The notes under the pieces are model-generated. The model saw only the letters and a list, made by a program, of their open reading frames with translations, did not search any database and was not told where the DNA came from. DNA of 20,063 bases from Sulfurimonadaceae bacterium (GTDB lineage: Bacteria > Campylobacterota > Campylobacteria > Campylobacterales > Sulfurimonadaceae). The DNA is taken from the NCBI GenBank assembly GCA_041571435.1, contig JBFFUI010000039.1, positions 1 through 20,063 of the forward strand, read 5' to 3'. Numbering within the stretch: position 1 is the first letter of the stretch; each line of letters begins with the position of its first letter. Of the stretch, positions 16,427 through 20,063 are shown piece after piece. Both the position numbers and the translations under genes were made by a program.

Positions 16427-16514
16427 CTTCGGCGCGAATCGCACCGGAGCTCACCTCTCAACCTACCGATGTACCTTCTCGGGTTTAGATCCAGTCCAGC
16501 GCACATCAAAACAA
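16427..16514 (-). repeat. Dispersed imperfect-hairpin element, copy 2 (more degenerate)
   Basis: 44/61 ungapped identity to 3381-3441, same orientation on the + strand, starting 8 nt after the ATPase stop. Confidence 0.65.
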
Positions 16515-16837
16515 GGGTACCGATTGCGAAGCGATGTTCTTCTGGAATCTGACACTATTACTTTGCCCGGGTTTCAGATGCGCTCCGCCATCTTTTCATG
16601 AACGTCGAACGCTTTCACGCGTAAATTGTTTCAAATCTAAACAGTGCCACCTATATGGCAAATATTTATGTAACGCTTTGTAGCACACCCCCTCAATTTC
16701 AAATTACGAAAAAAGTAGCTTTAAAGCTCTTTAGGCTATATTGCCTATAACTGTTTTTTCTATAGAAAACATAGCTCTGAAAACCCCTGAAAATAGGTGT
16801 TTTTAGCTGTTTATAAACAATAAAAAAGGTTATTCGT

Positions 16838-17227
16838 ATGGAACATGTAAGCACTACAAGTCCCTATTTTGGGGTGTTTATACTCTTCGTATTAACGTTC
16901 GGGGCATTTTATGCAACCACGGTTGCTGCACGCTTGGCGAGCCGTGCTCTGGCACGTAAAGACACTGAGAAGCTAAAACTTTCGATCTACGAGTGTGGTC
17001 CGGAAGTCACAAAACAGCCTAACCGTATCTCGACACAGTTCTACCTGTTCGCACTACTGTTTCTGCTTTTTGATGTCGAAGTTGTCTTTATGTTCCCATG
17101 GGCAATTGACTTCAAACTTTTAGGTTGGTTCGGTTTTGCAGAGATGCTTATGTTCATCCTGTTGCTGACAATCGGTTTTATCTACGCATGGAAAAAAGGA
17201 GCCCTTGAATGGCACAACATCAAGTAA
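16838..17227 (+). CDS. nuoA: NADH-quinone oxidoreductase subunit A
   Basis: [37 protein letters not shown]. Confidence 0.97.
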   Translation: MEHVSTTSPYFGVFILFVLTFGAFYATTVAARLASRALARKDTEKLKLSIYECGPEVTKQPNRISTQFYLFALLFLLFDVEVVFMFPWAIDFKLLGWFGFAEMLMFILLLTIGFIYAWKKGALEWHNIK

Positions 17228-17718
17228 ACTATACACAAGACGGCGGTCTTCCGGTTGCATTGACATCGATCGACAAGATCGTAAACTGGGGTCGTTCCAA
17301 CTCGCTGTGGGCATTGACATACGGTCTTGCCTGTTGTGGTATCGAGATGATGGCATCAGGTGCCTCACGTTACGACTTTGACCGTTTCGGTACGATCTTC
17401 CGTGCTTCACCGCGTCAGTCTGAAGTGATGATCGTTGCGGGTACGTTGACAAAAAAACACGCTGAGTTTATCAAACGTCTTTACGACCAGATGGCAGAAC
17501 CGCGCTGGGTTATCTCAATGGGCTCATGTGCTAACACGGGTGGTATGTTCAACACGTATGCGACAGTTCAGGGTGTTGACCGTGTTATCCCGGTCGATCT
17601 TTATCTTCCGGGTTGTGCACCGCGCCCCGAGACACTTCAATATGCTGTACTGATGCTTCAAAAGAAGATTCGTTCTGAAAAAGCCGGTAAAGCACAACGT
17701 CCAAAAAGGTTGTTATAG
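17209..17718 (+). CDS. nuoB: NADH-quinone oxidoreductase subunit B
   Basis: [32 protein letters not shown] (N2 cluster ligands). Confidence 0.98.
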   Translation: MAQHQVNYTQDGGLPVALTSIDKIVNWGRSNSLWALTYGLACCGIEMMASGASRYDFDRFGTIFRASPRQSEVMIVAGTLTKKHAEFIKRLYDQMAEPRWVISMGSCANTGGMFNTYATVQGVDRVIPVDLYLPGCAPRPETLQYAVLMLQKKIRSEKAGKAQRPKRLL

Positions 17719-18528
17719 ATGAGAGCGTATAAGCCAAAAGACGACGTACAGAAAAAGTCGTATTACACTGACCGTTACTGGGTCGCACCGCAAGTGCCGA
17801 CCTCTAAAGTAGAAGATGATGCAATCTTTGCAGCAGACCTTGCAGCAATCAAAGCAAAGTTTGACGTCAGCGATGCTTACATCCAGGTTGAGCAGATGGT
17901 CGTTTACATCAAGCCTGAAGACAACTATGGTGTCTTAGAACTGCTGCGTGACGAACTAGGCTACACACAGCTTTCAGAGATGTCTGCTATCGACTGGATC
18001 GCTAAACAGGGTCAATTCGAGATCTTCTATCAGCTGCTTTCAATGAGCAAGCGAAAGCGTATCCGCATCAAATGTTTCATTGATGAGAAGCAGGCGATCA
18101 ACAGTGTTAGCAAACTTTTCCGCTCCGCAGACTGGTCAGAGCGCGAAATGTATGATATGTTCGGAACGATCGTCAACAACCACCCGTATATGAAACGTAT
18201 CTTGATGCCGGATGACTGGGAAGGTCACCCACTTCGCAAGACCTACCCACTTCAGGGTGACGAGTTTGCAGCTTGGTACGAGGTAGATCGTATCTACGGT
18301 AAAGAGGCGCGTGACATCATCGGGCCTGAGATCCGTGAATCGGCTGAAGTCAACCGCTACGACACAGAGCGTTTCTCACGTCTTGGTCACGAAGTACCAA
18401 TGGGTTATGACATCAAAGCCAACGGCGAGCCGGAAAAAGGTCTTGATTACCAGGAAGAGGGCGGTGTCTTCTTAATTGAAAAATTTGTCGAAGATGATGC
18501 AGTCATCATCAAAGACAGAAAGCGATAG
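17719..18528 (+). CDS. nuoC: NADH-quinone oxidoreductase subunit C
   Basis: [32 protein letters not shown]. Confidence 0.96.
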   Translation: MRAYKPKDDVQKKSYYTDRYWVAPQVPTSKVEDDAIFAADLAAIKAKFDVSDAYIQVEQMVVYIKPEDNYGVLELLRDELGYTQLSEMSAIDWIAKQGQFEIFYQLLSMSKRKRIRIKCFIDEKQAINSVSKLFRSADWSEREMYDMFGTIVNNHPYMKRILMPDDWEGHPLRKTYPLQGDEFAAWYEVDRIYGKEARDIIGPEIRESAEVNRYDTERFSRLGHEVPMGYDIKANGEPEKGLDYQEEGGVFLIEKFVEDDAVIIKDRKR

Positions 18529-18537
18529 GGGGCGAAT

Positions 18538-19776
18538 ATGCAACAACCAAATAGATTACGTCCGTTTTTTGAAAATATCACTTTTGACAGAGACGACAAT
18601 GAGATGATCGTCAACTTCGGACCGCAGCACCCTTCGGCGCACGGTCAGTTACGTCTTATTCTGCACATGCAGCAAGAGCAGATCACGAAAGCACATCCGG
18701 ATATCGGGTACCTTCACCGAGGTATGGAGAAGATGGCTGAGAACATGATCTACAACGAGTTCATGCCGACGACAGACCGTATGGACTACATCGCCTCAAG
18801 CTCAAACAACTACGGTTTCGCCCTGGCAGTAGAGAAATTGATCGATGTCGAAGTGCCACGTCGTGCTAAAGTCATCCGTATGATGCTTCTTGAGATCAAC
18901 CGTCTTATGTCGCACCTTTTCTGGTTGGCGACTACTGCACTTGATATCGGTGCGATGACAGTCTTCCTTTATGCTTTCCGTGAACGTGAGTATCTAATGG
19001 ACATTATCGAAGACTATTGTGGTGCGCGTCTGACGCATGCTGCGATTCGTATCGGTGGTGTGCCTTTGGATATCCCGGACAACTTCATCCATGATCTTAA
19101 AGTTTTCCTGGACAAATTGCCTGCAAACATTAAAGATTACGAAGACCTTCTTGATAAAAACCGTATCTGGCTGATGAGAATGGAAGACGTTGGTGTTATT
19201 CCTGAAGAGATGGCACTTTCGTGGGGCTGTACAGGGCCAATGCTTCGTGCATCAGGTGTGAAATGGGATATCCGTAAAGAGGAACCGTACGAGCTTTACG
19301 ACGAAGTCGAGTTTGACGTACCGTACTCTGATAAATGCGATAACTACGCACGTTACAAAATCTATATGGCTGAGATGAGAGAATCTGCGAAAATCCTTTA
19401 CCAGACAATCGATATGTATGCGGAGACTGTTAAAAACAACCAGACAGAGTTGATGGCACATGCGCCGCAATACATCTCTGCACCGAAGCTTGACATCATG
19501 ACGCAAAACTACTCATTGATGCAACACTTTGTACTTGTTACGCAGGGAATGCGCCCACCGGTCGGTGAAGTGTATGTTGCAACCGAGTCACCAAAAGGTG
19601 AACTTGGCTACTACATCAACTCACAAGGTGGACCATATCCTTACCGTCTAAAACTTCGTGCACCATCATTCTGGCACACAGGTATTTTGACAGACCTTCT
19701 TCCGGGTCACTATATCCCGGATGTTGTTTCAATCATCGGTACGACGAACATCGTATTCGGTGAAGTTGACAGATAG
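18538..19776 (+). CDS. nuoD: NADH-quinone oxidoreductase subunit D
   Basis: [38 protein letters not shown]-terminal GEVDR. Confidence 0.98.
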   Translation: MQQPNRLRPFFENITFDRDDNEMIVNFGPQHPSAHGQLRLILHMQQEQITKAHPDIGYLHRGMEKMAENMIYNEFMPTTDRMDYIASSSNNYGFALAVEKLIDVEVPRRAKVIRMMLLEINRLMSHLFWLATTALDIGAMTVFLYAFREREYLMDIIEDYCGARLTHAAIRIGGVPLDIPDNFIHDLKVFLDKLPANIKDYEDLLDKNRIWLMRMEDVGVIPEEMALSWGCTGPMLRASGVKWDIRKEEPYELYDEVEFDVPYSDKCDNYARYKIYMAEMRESAKILYQTIDMYAETVKNNQTELMAHAPQYISAPKLDIMTQNYSLMQHFVLVTQGMRPPVGEVYVATESPKGELGYYINSQGGPYPYRLKLRAPSFWHTGILTDLLPGHYIPDVVSIIGTTNIVFGEVDR

Positions 19777-19784
19777 GAGAGCAG

Positions 19785-20006
19785 ATGAAACGTTATGATC
19801 TACGCCATCTTAAAGATGCGTTTGAACCAAGAATGAAAGAGATCTTGGACACACATCCTGCAGGCGAAGTTGCGATTTTCTTGTTTGAAATCGGCGATTT
19901 TACACCGATCCAACGCAGTGCTGACCTTGTAAAAGAGTGTGGGCTTGAGTTAGCGAACTCATTGAAATTCAATGAAGCTGACTGGACTATAGTTGTTAAA
20001 AAGTAA
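19785..20006 (+). CDS. Short Campylobacterota-type complex I subunit in the NuoE position
   Basis: 73 aa, MKRYDLRHL...AIFLFEIGDF...NSLKFNEADWTIVVKK; no 2Fe-2S Cys motif; SD AGGAG; follows nuoD. Confidence 0.8.
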   Translation: MKRYDLRHLKDAFEPRMKEILDTHPAGEVAIFLFEIGDFTPIQRSADLVKECGLELANSLKFNEADWTIVVKK

Positions 20007-20016
20007 GGCATAGCCA

Positions 20017-20063
20017 ATGAGTAAAGTCTTTTTTTCGACCTGGCGTGGTGAGTCTGTCAACAA
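20017..20063 (+). CDS. Start of the next nuo-operon gene (MSKVFFSTWRGESVN...), probably the flavoprotein in the NuoF position; truncated by the window edge
   Basis: ATG 10 nt after the previous stop with AAGG upstream; open to the window end. Product inferred from position only. Confidence 0.55.
   Translation, partial: MSKVFFSTWRGESVN

Noticed and set aside
16420-16548. ATTCCAG...CTGGAAT as MITE terminal inverted repeats
   Set aside because: Only 7 bp, no target-site duplication, and absent from copy 1.

Overview
Mostly core chromosome of a Campylobacterota bacterium, probably Sulfurimonas/Sulfuricurvum-like. This is inferred from the tatA-argS pairing, TGnTAnAAT promoters and an epsilon-type nuoA-B-C-D-E' operon. 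Gene order: partial hypothetical CDS, tatA, argS, a candidate 24-aa minus-strand peptide, two tandem secreted proteins that align with each other, tRNA-Arg(CCT), an orphan TraF_2/FadL-like beta-barrel, aguB, an endonuclease I homologue lacking its catalytic residues, a DUF234 protein that appears to start at ATC, dinB, a Tas-like aldo/keto reductase, a lipoprotein, nfo, fadL, fadD, an AAA+ ATPase and the start of the complex I operon. No transposase, integrase, phage gene or CRISPR array is visible. The most notable signals: (1) a ~95-nt element present twice, 13 kb apart, whose better copy folds on one strand only via G-U and tandem G-A pairs; (2) a structured 5' leader before the aldo/keto reductase (riboswitch candidate); (3) a pseudo-endonuclease I coupled to aguB; (4) an unannotated peptide gene with its own -10, SD and terminator-like hairpin; (5) a tandem paralogous secreted pair; (6) a non-canonical ATC start. 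Family calls come from motif recognition by eye; no searches or folding programs were run.
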